A stretch of 64,000 bases of DNA from Bacteroidaceae bacterium (GTDB lineage: Bacteria > Bacteroidota > Bacteroidia > Bacteroidales > Bacteroidaceae), in contig JAFVCB010000045.1 in NCBI GenBank assembly GCA_017479555.1, positions 14,358-78,357 of the forward strand, in the 5' to 3' direction. The translations under genes were made by a program, and so were the position numbers. Below are positions 1-11,105 of this stretch, one piece after another (positions within the stretch are counted from its first letter, which is position 1; each line of letters starts with the position of its first letter). Under the pieces are notes generated by a model. It saw nothing but the letters and a program-made list of their open reading frames with translations. It did no database searches and was not told the DNA's origin.

Positions 1-846
1 ACAGGCTGGCTCTTAGCCGTGGGCGATGTAGACATGCAAGATTTTTCGCGTAAAGCACGTCTGCGTGGCGACAGCGTGGCCTATAATCAGATTACAGGAG
101 AGGGTATGGCCACAGGTCATGCACTGGTCGAAGACTATTCTAAACCCCAAGTTCTTTCAGCCCATGCCGATACGCTACGTATCTTTGCATACGATTTAGA
201 AACCGACAGCGCATATCGTGTGGTCAAAGGCATACGCCACGTCAGAGCCTATCGCGAAGACGTACAGGCCGTGTGCGACACATTGATTTTCAACCAGCGT
301 CAGCATACCCTGCAACTCCTGCGCGACCCTATCGTGTGGAGCGCGCAGCGCCAAGTGTTGGGCGAAGAGATTATGGTCTATACCAACGACAGCACCGTTG
401 ATAGTATCTATGTCAATCGGCAAGCGTTGGTAGCAGAGCTTGTTGATACGCTACATTTCAATCAGCTCTCAGCCCACGAGATGAGAGCCTATTTTCAAGA
501 AGGCGAAATGGTGCGCGCTGAAGCTCATGGCAATGTGCGTGCCGTGATGTTCCCCTTGGAGAAAGATAGCCTCTTGCTCTATCATAATTATACAGAGACC
601 ACCGAGATGGTCATGACGCTCAAGGAGCGCAAGATTAGTCGTATATGGACACCCGCCGCCGAGAGCTATTTCTATGCAGTAGGCATGGCTCCACGCTTGC
701 ATACCCAGCTCGAGAACTTCACGTGGTTCGACTATATTCGCCCTCTCTCAGCTGACGACCTTTTAGAGTGGCGACCTAAGAAGAGCGGTACAGAGCTACG
801 TACCACTATACGCCGCGCAGCACCACTCCAGACACTGCCACAATAG
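1..846 (+). CDS. OstA/LptA-like beta-jellyroll envelope protein (5' partial)
   Basis: Frame is open from base 1. Repeated short beta motifs (GDSVAYNQ, CDTLIFNQ, RAEAHGNV) and a C-terminal L..F.W....RP tail are typical of the Bacteroidales OstA-like gene found upstream of mutL. Confidence 0.75.
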   Translation, partial: TGWLLAVGDVDMQDFSRKARLRGDSVAYNQITGEGMATGHALVEDYSKPQVLSAHADTLRIFAYDLETDSAYRVVKGIRHVRAYREDVQAVCDTLIFNQRQHTLQLLRDPIVWSAQRQVLGEEIMVYTNDSTVDSIYVNRQALVAELVDTLHFNQLSAHEMRAYFQEGEMVRAEAHGNVRAVMFPLEKDSLLLYHNYTETTEMVMTLKERKISRIWTPAAESYFYAVGMAPRLHTQLENFTWFDYIRPLSADDLLEWRPKKSGTELRTTIRRAAPLQTLPQ

Positions 847-946
847 CGTCTGCTTTGGCATCTCTTTTGCAGAGTAATTTATGGGGAAAGCCCTTTTCTA
901 TCATCATCACTTCATTCCGTAGCCCATCCCAATTTCGTAAGAATCT

Positions 947-2779
947 ATGCCCGATATCATCCGTTTATTGCCCGACACCGTCGCCAACCAGATAGCTGCA
1001 GGAGAAGTCATTCAGCGACCTTCTTCCGTCGTCAAAGAGTTGGTAGAAAACGCTGTGGACGCTGGGGCTAAACAGGTGAAGATTGTCATCGAAGAAGCAG
1101 GGAAGACCTTGATTCAGGTCATAGACGATGGATGTGGCATGTCGGTGACTGATGCGCGTTTGGCCTTTGAGCGGCATGCCACCAGCAAGATACGCGAAGC
1201 GCACGACCTTTTTGCACTTCAGACGATGGGTTTTCGTGGCGAAGCCTTGCCGAGTATCGCCGCCGTAGCACAAGTGGAGCTGCGCACGCGCACGGCCAAT
1301 GACGAACTGGGTACGTGCCTGCTCATCGAAGGCGGCAAGGTGCGCCAGTCGCAAACCATAAATACACCGCGCGGAGCCAACTTTTCCGTCCGAAACCTAT
1401 TTTTCAATATTCCTGCACGACGCAAGTTTCTCAAGAGCAACCTCACCGAGATGGGGAATATACTCACCGAGTTTGAGCGATTGGCATTGGCGCACCCAGG
1501 GGTTGCCTTTCAGCTCCATCGCGATGGCACATTGCTCTACGACCTCCCCATCACGTCGTTCAAACAGCGAATAACCAATCTTTTTGGCAAACGTTTAGAG
1601 AAACAACTTGTCCCCGTTGAGGTGGAGACCGATGTGGTCAAAATTACAGGTTTTGTGGGTACAAGCGACAGCGCGCGTCGCAAGCGGGCGCAGCAGTTCT
1701 TCTTTGCCAACAACCGCTACATGCGCCACCCCTACTTGGCGCGAGCTGTGCAGACGGCTTACGAACGATTGATTCCAGAAGGAGAGCAGATACCATTCTT
1801 CTTGAGGCTTGATGTGGATCCAGCCACTGTGGATGTGAATATTCATCCCACCAAGACAGAGATAAAATTCCAAGACGAGCAAACCCTCTGGCAGATACTC
1901 TTGGCGGCCGTGCGCGAAGCCCTTGGGAAACATGGTGGTATGCCGATGATAGACTTTGACCAAGAGAATATGCCCGACATACCGCTCTTCGTTCCTGTGA
2001 CAGAGGACTACGCTGTGCCAGCTTCTCCCTATATCGACACCAATCCACAATACAATCCTTTCGACACCATATCCTCCGAAACCGCAACGCAAAGTCCATC
2101 GTCTGTGTCGGTGCTGAGTACATCCATACCCGATGCATTCCATTTAGACACCCATCCGTCCAAAATAGTCTCGCAAGACACCGAGCAGCCTCTGCTCGCT
2201 ATACCCAAGCAGGAAGCGGCAGTAGATTATCTGCAATACCACGGACGATTTATTATATGTTCGGTGCGTAGCGGACTGATGCTCATCGACCAGCATCGCG
2301 CACACATACGCATCCTCTACGACCGCTATTTGCGTTCGCTGAGCGACCAACCCATCGACTCCCAAGGCCTGCTCTTCCCACAGTCGCTTGTGCTATCGCC
2401 TGCGGAAACGACGATATTTAGCACCTTGTATAATGCCCTGCAAGCATTAGGCTTTGACATACGTGAGACCGAAAGTGGACTTTTCTCTATCTATGGCGTA
2501 CCTGCAGGAACGGAGGGACTTGAACCCGAGCATCTCGTGCGAGGTATTGTCGAAGAAGCCCAGAGTGGTAACGATACAGCCCCCGAGGCTATTCGCCATC
2601 GCTTGGCTTTGGCATTAGCACGCAGGGCTGCAATCCCTGTAGGTCAGGAACTTACGGCAGCCGAGATGTCGTCGATTTGCGCCCAACTCTTTGCGGGGAC
2701 ATCGCCCAATTTCACGCCAGATGGCCTGCCCATCCTCTTAATAATTAACGAGGATAAAGTCAATAAATTTTTTGATTGA
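947..2779 (+). CDS. mutL: DNA mismatch repair endonuclease MutL
   Basis: NQIAAGEVIQRP, ELVENAVDAG, GFRGEAL and DVNIHPTK motifs; C-terminal DQHRAH endonuclease-region motif. Confidence 0.97.
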   Translation: MPDIIRLLPDTVANQIAAGEVIQRPSSVVKELVENAVDAGAKQVKIVIEEAGKTLIQVIDDGCGMSVTDARLAFERHATSKIREAHDLFALQTMGFRGEALPSIAAVAQVELRTRTANDELGTCLLIEGGKVRQSQTINTPRGANFSVRNLFFNIPARRKFLKSNLTEMGNILTEFERLALAHPGVAFQLHRDGTLLYDLPITSFKQRITNLFGKRLEKQLVPVEVETDVVKITGFVGTSDSARRKRAQQFFFANNRYMRHPYLARAVQTAYERLIPEGEQIPFFLRLDVDPATVDVNIHPTKTEIKFQDEQTLWQILLAAVREALGKHGGMPMIDFDQENMPDIPLFVPVTEDYAVPASPYIDTNPQYNPFDTISSETATQSPSSVSVLSTSIPDAFHLDTHPSKIVSQDTEQPLLAIPKQEAAVDYLQYHGRFIICSVRSGLMLIDQHRAHIRILYDRYLRSLSDQPIDSQGLLFPQSLVLSPAETTIFSTLYNALQALGFDIRETESGLFSIYGVPAGTEGLEPEHLVRGIVEEAQSGNDTAPEAIRHRLALALARRAAIPVGQELTAAEMSSICAQLFAGTSPNFTPDGLPILLIINEDKVNKFFD

Positions 2780-2879
2780 AATGGGCGATTTGCTCATTCT
2801 GGTTTGCAAAATCGAGCATAATTAGGTCGGCGTGTGCATTTCCCTTCTCTCAAAATCTAAGTCCGAGCTGTTTCATCCC

Positions 2880-2955
2880 ACACCCAACCTCGTTTAAATT
2901 ACATCCCGATGTAGAATTTCCTACATCGGGATGTAATTTAAACGAGGTTGGGTGT
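2880..2955. repeat. Perfect 35-bp inverted repeat with 6-nt loop (REP-like / bidirectional terminator)
   Basis: acacccaacctcgtttaaattacatcccgatgtag (2880-2914) is the exact reverse complement of 2921-2955; lies between convergent genes. Confidence 0.95.
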
Positions 2956-3019
2956 AGAAAAACCCCATGAAGAGCGGTCAAAAAACCAAATATAATGGTA
3001 CGAAAAAGGGCATAAGTGG

Positions 3020-3655
3020 CTACAATTGTCCACTTTCCACCAGCCGAACGACGCGTTCCAACATCCTGTCGTCGCCTTCGGGGTCATAGCGTTTTTTCAA
3101 GTTTTGCCCAAATAGTCGTGCTACGCTCTGATAAACCCCAGCCTTGAACGAGCCGATAAAGGCTTTGACGATGTCGTATCCCGTTTGGTTGCACTCACGG
3201 TCGATGAGTTTGATGAGTAATTGCCCCTCCTTACGACTCATCTTGCGTATGGTACGCCCGTATTGCTCGGTCAGTTCACGGCGCACACGATTGATGTGTG
3301 CCTTACGCTCACCCTCGGGCATGTTTTCCAGCACGATGTAGGTTTCCAGCACGATGTAGCGCACCTGAACCGCATAGGGCAAAACTTTCTTCACGCGCTT
3401 CACCAATAGGCCATATTCGCGTTGCTCTCTCTCAGAGCGAAAGACCATCGGCGGATATTTCTGTACCGTAGGAATCGTGATGCTCAGGTATCGCCCCGAG
3501 GCATCGCTGACCGTGTCAATACGCAGCTCGGGAGCTACGGCTACGGCAGGCAGGCCACTCTCATCGCTATCATCGGTCTCGTCGTCCGTCTGACAATAAA
3601 CCGTCGTAGGGAGTAGCATAAGAAGAAATAATATGTAAAATATCCGTTTCGTCAT
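3020..3655 (-). CDS. DUF4294-family exported protein
   Basis: Signal peptide from MTKRIF (start 3655 chosen); LVKRVKKVLPYA, GQLLIKLIDRE and YDPEGDDRMLERVV motifs recalled for DUF4294. Confidence 0.8.
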   Translation of the reverse strand: MTKRIFYILFLLMLLPTTVYCQTDDETDDSDESGLPAVAVAPELRIDTVSDASGRYLSITIPTVQKYPPMVFRSEREQREYGLLVKRVKKVLPYAVQVRYIVLETYIVLENMPEGERKAHINRVRRELTEQYGRTIRKMSRKEGQLLIKLIDRECNQTGYDIVKAFIGSFKAGVYQSVARLFGQNLKKRYDPEGDDRMLERVVRLVESGQL

Positions 3656-3745
3656 GATGTGAGCCAAAATTACAATTTCCAAGATATAAATCCCATTTCT
3701 GCAAGAAAAAAAATAGTGGGGGGTATGTCGTTTTCTTAGCGCGCA

Positions 3746-3815
3746 CAAAGATATGCGCTCTCAATCATCTAAAACCAATTTATAGCACATGCCTTATATT
3801 TTTTGCTTAAATTTG
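3746..3815. promoter_or_regulatory. Back-to-back Bacteroidetes -7 boxes for DUF4294 (minus) and uvrA (plus)
   Basis: TATCTTTG on minus at 3746-3753 and TAAATTTG on plus at 3808-3815 match TAnnTTTG. Confidence 0.6.
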
Positions 3816-3844
3816 CAGCCATTGCTTGAGATAAAGATATTTCC

Positions 3845-6766
3845 ATGGCCAAATCACGGCAACATACTATAAAACCCGATATTTCTGCGCTGATAGACCA
3901 CGCAGCCGATGCGTGCATACAGATCAAAGGCGCACGAGTGAACAATCTCCAAAACATTGACCTAACCATTCCTCGCGACAAGCTGATCGTCATCACGGGA
4001 CTCTCGGGAAGCGGTAAGTCCTCACTCGCTTTTGATACGCTCTATGCTGAGGGACAGCGCAGGTATGTGGAGAGCCTCTCAGCCTATGCGCGTCAGTTTC
4101 TGGGCAGAATGAAAAAGCCCGACTGCGACTACATCAAAGGCATACCGCCTGCCATCGCTATAGAGCAGAAAGTAATCAATCGCAATTCGCGTTCCACGGT
4201 AGGCACTTCGACAGAGATATACGACTACCTGCGTATGCTCTATGCACGTATAGGTAAGACGTATTCCCCCATCAGTGGTGTAGAAGTGAAGCGCCACACG
4301 GTGAGCGATGTTGTGGCCTGTGTGGAGACTTATGCCGCAGGTACACGCTTCACGGTGCTTGCCCCCTTGCGTGTGCGTCAAGAGCGTACGCTGCGCGAAC
4401 AGTTAGAGACCTATCTTCAGCAGGGTGTGACGCGCTTAGACATAGATGGAGACATCGTGCATATCGAAGATGTGTTGCAAGAAAGTTTTGAGCGCACAGG
4501 CCATCCAGCAGCTTGGCAAGAGAGCGGTGAAGCATCCTATCCCTATAGCAATGTGTTCCTACTCATCGATAGGCTCAGCAGCGAGGACAATCGCGAGATG
4601 CGTGCCCGTTTGGCCGATAGTTGCCAGACCGCTTTCTACGAAGGTGATGGGCGGATGATGCTACGCATTTATCCTGCACGCACACTCCACTATTTCAGTG
4701 GTACATTCGAGGCAGACGGTATCACGTTTGAAGAACCTACCGACCAACTCTTTTCGTTCAACTCCCCTATAGGAGCTTGTCCAGAATGCGAAGGATTTGG
4801 CAAGATAATAGGCATAGACGAACAATTGGTAATACCCGATAGCACCCTGAGCGTTTACGAAGGTGGTGTGGTGTGCTGGCGAGGAGAGAAGATGAGTGAA
4901 TGGAAACGTGAGTTTTGCCGCCGAGCAGCGCACAACGGATTTCCTATCTTCAAGCCCTACAACGAGCTGTCGCGTGCCGAGAAAGATATCCTGTGGCACG
5001 GTGATGCCCATGAGCAGCAATTGCCGCGTGAGGAGCAGGTGAGCATAGACGCTTTCTTCGACTATGTGCGCACACAGCAGTACAAGATACAATATCGTGT
5101 GATGTTGGCACGCTATCGCGGCAAGACGCTATGCCCGCATTGCCATGGCACGCGCCTCAAGCCCCATGCTCTCTATGTCAAGATAGCAGGCCGTCATATT
5201 GGCGAACTGGTAGAGATGCCCGTCTCCAAACTCTTGGCATGGTTTGAGGAACTCCAATTAGACGCACACGAGACACAGGTAGGCGGACGACTATTGACCG
5301 AAATACGTAGCCGACTGAAGTTTCTGTGCGACGTAGGTTTGGGCTATCTCACCCTGTCGCGCAGCTCTTCTACCCTCAGCGGTGGTGAGAGCCAACGCAT
5401 CAATTTGGCCACCTCCTTGGGAAGCTCGCTCGTAGGTTCGCTCTATATCCTCGACGAACCAAGCATAGGACTGCATAGTCGAGACACCTATCGCCTCATC
5501 ACTGTGCTGCAAGCCCTTCGCGATGCAGGCAATACGGTCATCATCGTAGAACACGATGAAGATATCATGCGAAGCGCGGACTATGTTATAGATATCGGCC
5601 CTGAAGCTGGTACGGGAGGCGGTAGAGTGGTGTTGCAAGGCTCAACGCAAGAGATTGCACAGATGTCTGCCCAACAGATAGCAGATAGCCAGAGCTACAC
5701 AGCCAAGTATCTGAGTGGACAGATGAAGATTGAGGTGCCTCTCTCGCGCCGACCTTGGAATAGGTACATCGCTGTGAGGGGGGCGGCAGAAAATAATCTG
5801 CGCTCCATCGATGTGAAGTTTCCGCTCAACGTCCTGACCGTTGTGACAGGTGTCAGCGGTTCGGGCAAAAGCACACTGGTCAAGAAAGTACTCTACAACG
5901 CACTCTTGCGCCACTTAGACATCAGTGGCGGCGAGCGGCCTGGGCAGCATTCGCGTCTCGAAGGAGACTTGGATGCCATCAAGCACGTGGAGTTTGTAGA
6001 CCAAAATCCTATAGGGAAGTCCACACGCTCGAACCCCGTGACCTACGTCAAAGCCTACGATGAAATCCGAGCGCTCATGGCCGCACAGCCTTTGGCTCAG
6101 CAACAAGGCTTCACACCCGCCTATTTCTCGTTCAACACAGATGGTGGACGCTGCGAAGAGTGTAAGGGCGACGGAATGGTTAAGGTAGAGATGCAGTTCA
6201 TGGCAGACATGCAGTTGACCTGTGAGGCCTGTGGTGGACGACGTTTCAAGCGCGACATTCTGGAGGTGAAGTATCAAGGCAAGAATATATACGACATCCT
6301 CTGTATGACCGTAGACGAAGCCCTTGCTTTCTTCCATGAGCATGGGCAGAAAAAGATTTGTCGCTTGCTTCAACCCCTGCAAGACGTAGGCTTGGGCTAT
6401 GTGCAGTTAGGCCAATCGTCGTCGACACTCAGTGGAGGAGAGAACCAGCGCGTGAAATTGGCTTATTATATAGGTAGCGAGTCGATAGGCTCCACACTAT
6501 TCATCTTCGACGAGCCCACTACGGGGCTGCACTTTCATGATACAGGCCGACTGCTTCAGTCGTTTGAAGCCCTTATATCGCGAGGACATACTATCATCAT
6601 CATTGAACACAATGCCGAAATCATCAAGTGTGCAGACTGGTGTATAGACCTCGGACCCGAAGGAGGAGAGGGCGGGGGACATATCGTTGCCGAAGGAACG
6701 CCAGAGCAAATCGTGCAACAAGGCAAAGGATTTACGGCGCGTTTCTTAGCTTCCAAACTCACGTAG
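3845..6766 (+). CDS. uvrA: Excinuclease ABC subunit A
   Basis: Two Walker A motifs (GLSGSGKSS, GVSGSGKST), LSGGE signatures, CxxC zinc fingers, EGQRRYVESLSAYARQFLG. Confidence 0.97.
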   Translation: MAKSRQHTIKPDISALIDHAADACIQIKGARVNNLQNIDLTIPRDKLIVITGLSGSGKSSLAFDTLYAEGQRRYVESLSAYARQFLGRMKKPDCDYIKGIPPAIAIEQKVINRNSRSTVGTSTEIYDYLRMLYARIGKTYSPISGVEVKRHTVSDVVACVETYAAGTRFTVLAPLRVRQERTLREQLETYLQQGVTRLDIDGDIVHIEDVLQESFERTGHPAAWQESGEASYPYSNVFLLIDRLSSEDNREMRARLADSCQTAFYEGDGRMMLRIYPARTLHYFSGTFEADGITFEEPTDQLFSFNSPIGACPECEGFGKIIGIDEQLVIPDSTLSVYEGGVVCWRGEKMSEWKREFCRRAAHNGFPIFKPYNELSRAEKDILWHGDAHEQQLPREEQVSIDAFFDYVRTQQYKIQYRVMLARYRGKTLCPHCHGTRLKPHALYVKIAGRHIGELVEMPVSKLLAWFEELQLDAHETQVGGRLLTEIRSRLKFLCDVGLGYLTLSRSSSTLSGGESQRINLATSLGSSLVGSLYILDEPSIGLHSRDTYRLITVLQALRDAGNTVIIVEHDEDIMRSADYVIDIGPEAGTGGGRVVLQGSTQEIAQMSAQQIADSQSYTAKYLSGQMKIEVPLSRRPWNRYIAVRGAAENNLRSIDVKFPLNVLTVVTGVSGSGKSTLVKKVLYNALLRHLDISGGERPGQHSRLEGDLDAIKHVEFVDQNPIGKSTRSNPVTYVKAYDEIRALMAAQPLAQQQGFTPAYFSFNTDGGRCEECKGDGMVKVEMQFMADMQLTCEACGGRRFKRDILEVKYQGKNIYDILCMTVDEALAFFHEHGQKKICRLLQPLQDVGLGYVQLGQSSSTLSGGENQRVKLAYYIGSESIGSTLFIFDEPTTGLHFHDTGRLLQSFEALISRGHTIIIIEHNAEIIKCADWCIDLGPEGGEGGGHIVAEGTPEQIVQQGKGFTARFLASKLT

Positions 6767-6886
6767 CATGTAGCACTGCTTGTTAGCGCTTGCAGCAAAT
6801 TAGGCTGAAGATGATAGATAAAGCACACGCTACCTTTTCCCGACTATACCAATAAATCATATATTTAACACAAAAACAAAAGGATT

Positions 6887-8479
6887 ATGAAAAACAAAAT
6901 CAGGCTATGGAGTGCAATGCTGTGCACACTGCTCCTTGCAGCTTGTGGCTCCGATTTGGACTATGCCCAATTTATTCCCAAAGAAGCAGCCGTCGTGTCG
7001 CGAATAGATGTGGCACAGTTGACTGAAAAGGGCAATTTTGCTGATAATGAAAAGTTGAGTACGATACTCAAGAAGGCTGTGCAAGAAAGCCGCTTGACCT
7101 CAAAGGGTAAAGTGGTGGCCGAAAAGATTATCTCTGACCCTCAAGTCACAGGCATCGATTTCCGCAAGCCAATTTATGCCTACTATTTCGAGAATGAACA
7201 AGGTGGGCATGGAGGCATCATCGCTGCAGTGCTCAACTTCGACGACCTGCAGAGTTTCGTCAACTATATTTCTCGTGAGGAAGGACTCAAAGCCTTCAAA
7301 GCATATAAAGACGTACGCTACCAAGTATGGGGCAATACAATTATAGCCTTCAACGACAGATGGCTTATCTTCAAAGACCTGCAGAATGTTGAACCCGAAG
7401 AAGCTATAGACCTCCTGTTGGCGCGCGAGGATCTCGCTCCCGAACAGACAATAAACAGCGTGGAGTCCTATAAACGTATGGCCGATAGAGATGGCATCTG
7501 GAGCGTTGTCTTGCGCGGAGACATGTTGGCCAAACTCCTTTCAGAGACCAATAATCGATATGCTATAGCCTCCGAATATCAAAATTTGGCAAACTTTGAC
7601 TTCATCTTCGACTTCCAAGCAGACGATGGCAAGATGAGTATAGATATGGAGACCTATGGCAATACGGAAGAGGGACAGCGTAAGCTCAAAGAAGCATCGA
7701 AACTCATCGGTGAGATACAAGGCGAATATGCAGACTATATCGATGCAGAAGCGCTCTTCTCCGTCGTGTCTAATGTGAAAGGAAAAGAAATTATAAATCT
7801 CTTGAGTAAGAATGGTTTCTCGGCAGCAGAACTCAGAGAATATGCTCCCTATGTAGAGCCCATAAGCGGTGATGTGGCTATTACGATGAATGCGCTGAAA
7901 CCCAATCTGAAAGGATTGGACTATCGCCTGTTTGCGCACATCAACAATCCTCAGCCCTATAACAGTCTGAGAAGTACGTTGGCCAATGTACCTACGTTCA
8001 ATGAGTATGCGACGAATGAGTATTCATTCTCTTTAGGCTCTATAATTCCTACATCTGACCTAATAACAGAGATGGGGCTTGCAGACGAAACGGCAGCACC
8101 TAACAACGGGAACTTGATGGCATACTTTGGCGTACACAACAGCAATAGCCTCTTCACTTGTTTCTCAATCAGTAGCAATGCTTTCGACAAAGTGACGAAA
8201 CCCATTGACAAAGACTATCTACACGGACGCATAGCCTACGTACGCTTCAATAGTACCAACGCACTGGATGTGGCAAAGTTGATGGCTAAGAACACAGGCG
8301 AGGAAAACGACTATGAAACCAAGATAGGACTCCATGTCTTAGGCCTGATAGACTATTTGGATTTCTATGCAACGACAGACTATAAAGCCAAACTGAATGT
8401 GGTGATGCGCGACAAAGACAAGAATGCATTAGCTTCGTTTGTCGAAGAATTTACTACGCTTATCAATATCTTTAGCTAA
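6887..8479 (+). CDS. DUF4836-family lipoprotein
   Basis: Lipobox LLAAC; Y..FIPKEA and TGIDFRKPIY motifs; position upstream of an ABC permease. Confidence 0.7.
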   Translation: MKNKIRLWSAMLCTLLLAACGSDLDYAQFIPKEAAVVSRIDVAQLTEKGNFADNEKLSTILKKAVQESRLTSKGKVVAEKIISDPQVTGIDFRKPIYAYYFENEQGGHGGIIAAVLNFDDLQSFVNYISREEGLKAFKAYKDVRYQVWGNTIIAFNDRWLIFKDLQNVEPEEAIDLLLAREDLAPEQTINSVESYKRMADRDGIWSVVLRGDMLAKLLSETNNRYAIASEYQNLANFDFIFDFQADDGKMSIDMETYGNTEEGQRKLKEASKLIGEIQGEYADYIDAEALFSVVSNVKGKEIINLLSKNGFSAAELREYAPYVEPISGDVAITMNALKPNLKGLDYRLFAHINNPQPYNSLRSTLANVPTFNEYATNEYSFSLGSIIPTSDLITEMGLADETAAPNNGNLMAYFGVHNSNSLFTCFSISSNAFDKVTKPIDKDYLHGRIAYVRFNSTNALDVAKLMAKNTGEENDYETKIGLHVLGLIDYLDFYATTDYKAKLNVVMRDKDKNALASFVEEFTTLINIFS

Positions 8480-8611
8480 ATAGCGAGAGGGTCGTTGAGC
8501 GCATGGTATAGAACTTTGAAGTGTACCTTTTAGAAAGTCGTTTGGCGTATATCTTCCATTGTTCTGTCTATGCTGTACATCCGATAGCTTTCCCACAGAC
8601 TCGTAAAGACT

Positions 8612-9883
8612 ATGTCGCTTCTTTGGAAACTGATTCGCTTACAAATTAGCCCTTGGCAGTTGGCTGGGTTCTCACTGGCCAATCTGCTGGGGCTGATTGT
8701 AGTGTTGCTTGGTATACAGTTCTATAGCGACACAGCGGAGATGTTTACCGCTGGAGACAGTTTTATGAAGCAGGAGTATGTCGTGCTTTCAAAAGAAGTA
8801 GGATTTAGTCCACTCTCAGCTAAGAATACGATAGGTTTCACTGAAGAGGAGATGCGCGACATCTCTTCTCAGCCTTTTGTTTCTTCGCTTGCTCCTTTTG
8901 TTAGTGCCGATTTCAGCGTAGTAGCAAGCATTTCCAGTCACTCGGCAGGTGTAGGATTTCAGACAGAAATGTTTCTCGAAGCCTTGCTTGACGAATACAT
9001 TGACGTAGATGTACCATCTTGGAGAACGAACGAGACGTTGCAAGGCACAGCATCTTCAGATACCACAGCAGAGACATCGATAGAGATGGATGGTCAAGCT
9101 CCGCAAGTGATTCCTATTATTATTCCTCGTAATTACCTCAATCTCTATAATTTTGGTTTTGCTGCGGGAAGAGGGTTGCCTACGCTCTCCGAGAGTGTGA
9201 TAGGCATGGTTCCTATCACACTTTATCTGTCAAGCAGCAAAGGCCATTTAGTGGTTGAGGGGCGCGTGATGGGCTTTTCTAATCGGTTGAATACCATACT
9301 TGTGCCTATGGATTTCATGCAATGGGCGAACGATAGCCTTGGTCAACATGCTGAAACCAAACCTACACGTCTCTGTCTAAATGTAAAGAATCCTGCTGAC
9401 CCGCTTATCGGAGAATATATCGCCGAGAAAGGCTATCGTACCGAGGGTACAAATGCAGATGCGGGCAGAATAGCCTATTTCCTACGATTGATATGTTTCA
9501 TTGTTGTTGGGATAGGGTGTAGCATTTGTGTACTGGCTTTCTTTGTTATGCTGTTGAGTATCTACTTGTTGCTACAGAAGAATATGGAGAAGGTACAGAC
9601 GTTGCGCCTTTTGGGCTATTCCATCCCGACCATCTGTATGCCCTATTTCGCGCTTATAATAGGCGTTTATGCCTTTTCGCTCTTCGTCGCTCTGTTCGCG
9701 CTTTCAGCCTTGCGTGAACAATACATCATCCACCTCGTGTCCCTAAACCCACATTTCAACCTCCAAATAGCAGCCTCTACTTATTGTCTTGCCACTGGAC
9801 TTACCCTACTTCTTATTGCAGTTAGTGCAAGTGCTGTTTGGATAAAAGTGAAGCGAGGGAATGCCATGCAAACCAAAAAGTAG
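8612..9883 (+). CDS. ABC transporter permease (FtsX/MacB-like)
   Basis: One N-terminal TM helix, large periplasmic loop (IPRNYLNLYNFGFA), three C-terminal TM helices with TLRLLGY. Confidence 0.85.
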   Translation: MSLLWKLIRLQISPWQLAGFSLANLLGLIVVLLGIQFYSDTAEMFTAGDSFMKQEYVVLSKEVGFSPLSAKNTIGFTEEEMRDISSQPFVSSLAPFVSADFSVVASISSHSAGVGFQTEMFLEALLDEYIDVDVPSWRTNETLQGTASSDTTAETSIEMDGQAPQVIPIIIPRNYLNLYNFGFAAGRGLPTLSESVIGMVPITLYLSSSKGHLVVEGRVMGFSNRLNTILVPMDFMQWANDSLGQHAETKPTRLCLNVKNPADPLIGEYIAEKGYRTEGTNADAGRIAYFLRLICFIVVGIGCSICVLAFFVMLLSIYLLLQKNMEKVQTLRLLGYSIPTICMPYFALIIGVYAFSLFVALFALSALREQYIIHLVSLNPHFNLQIAASTYCLATGLTLLLIAVSASAVWIKVKRGNAMQTKK

Positions 9884-10123
9884 CCACTTGTCCACGCGAT
9901 GGAGTTTGCAAGGACATTGCCTCCTCAAAGCATACGTGCATAGAATTCTCGTTCACTGGCATTCTGTAAACGATGTATTTTGGTGTGGGATTTAGTGCTG
10001 TTGTTCTTTTCCTGATATTCTTTGCCGAATAAAATTCTTAGTTTTTTGATTTTCTTGTGAGAAACATCGTTGCCACGTACTTTTGCACTCGAAAAACATC
10101 AAAAACAAATAAAACCGAAAATT

Positions 10124-11071
10124 ATGGCAAAGATTTATCGCAATCTCACAGAGCTAATCGGACACACGCCCCTCTTAGAGCTCAGTCATTTAGAAGAAGT
10201 AGACAAACTTCAAGCTCGCGTCATTGTCAAGTTGGAACGCTCCAATCCGGGTGGTTCTGTAAAGGATCGTATAGCACTTGCTATGATTGAGGATGCCGAG
10301 AAAAGCGGGTTGTTACAACCAGGTGCTACCATCATAGAGCCAACGAGTGGCAACACGGGCATTGGCATAGCGTGGGTGGCTGCTGTTCGTGGCTATAAGA
10401 CCATTCTCACCATGCCCGAGACGATGAGCATCGAACGCCAAAACTTGCTTCGTGCACTCGGTGCTACTATCGTACTCACACCTGGCACAGCAGGCATGAA
10501 GGGTGCTATAGCTAAAGCGGAGGAGCTCAAAGCCTCAACGCCTGGTAGTGTCATCTTAGGACAATTTGACAATCCAGCAAATCCTGCCGTACACCGTGCC
10601 ACTACAGCAGAAGAGATATGGGAAGATACAGATGGCGATATAGACATCTTTGTTTCGGGCGTCGGTACTGGCGGCACAGTGAGTGGCGTAGCAGAAGCCT
10701 TGAAAACGCGCAAACCTTTGAAAATATATGCGGTAGAACCAGCTTCTTCACCTGTACTCAGCGGTGGACAGTCAGGACCTCACAAGATTCAAGGCATAGG
10801 CCCAGGTTTCGTTCCTGCCAACTTCCATGGCGATAGTGTAGACGAGGTGATAAAGATTGCCGACAACGATGCCATAGCTGCTTCGCGTCGATTAGCGCGC
10901 ACCGAAGGTTTGCTGGTAGGTATCAGTAGTGGTGCAGCTGCAGCTGCAGCCTTAGAGTTGGCCGCCAAACCTGAGAATGCAGGAAAGACCATCGTGGCAC
11001 TTCTTCCTGACACAGGTGAGCGCTATCTCAGCACGGTGCTGTATGCTTTTGAGGAATATCCCTTACCATAA
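10124..11071 (+). CDS. cysK: Cysteine synthase A
   Basis: NPGGSVKDR (PLP lysine), [31 protein letters not shown]; start placed at MAKIY. Confidence 0.96.
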   Translation: MAKIYRNLTELIGHTPLLELSHLEEVDKLQARVIVKLERSNPGGSVKDRIALAMIEDAEKSGLLQPGATIIEPTSGNTGIGIAWVAAVRGYKTILTMPETMSIERQNLLRALGATIVLTPGTAGMKGAIAKAEELKASTPGSVILGQFDNPANPAVHRATTAEEIWEDTDGDIDIFVSGVGTGGTVSGVAEALKTRKPLKIYAVEPASSPVLSGGQSGPHKIQGIGPGFVPANFHGDSVDEVIKIADNDAIAASRRLARTEGLLVGISSGAAAAAALELAAKPENAGKTIVALLPDTGERYLSTVLYAFEEYPLP

Positions 11072-11105
11072 GGTTTCTTTCTATAAATAATAGGTTAGTA
11101 TTTCT

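Noticed and set aside
2776-2970. 64-aa ORF after mutL
   Set aside because: Runs through the perfect palindrome and shows no protein-like signal.
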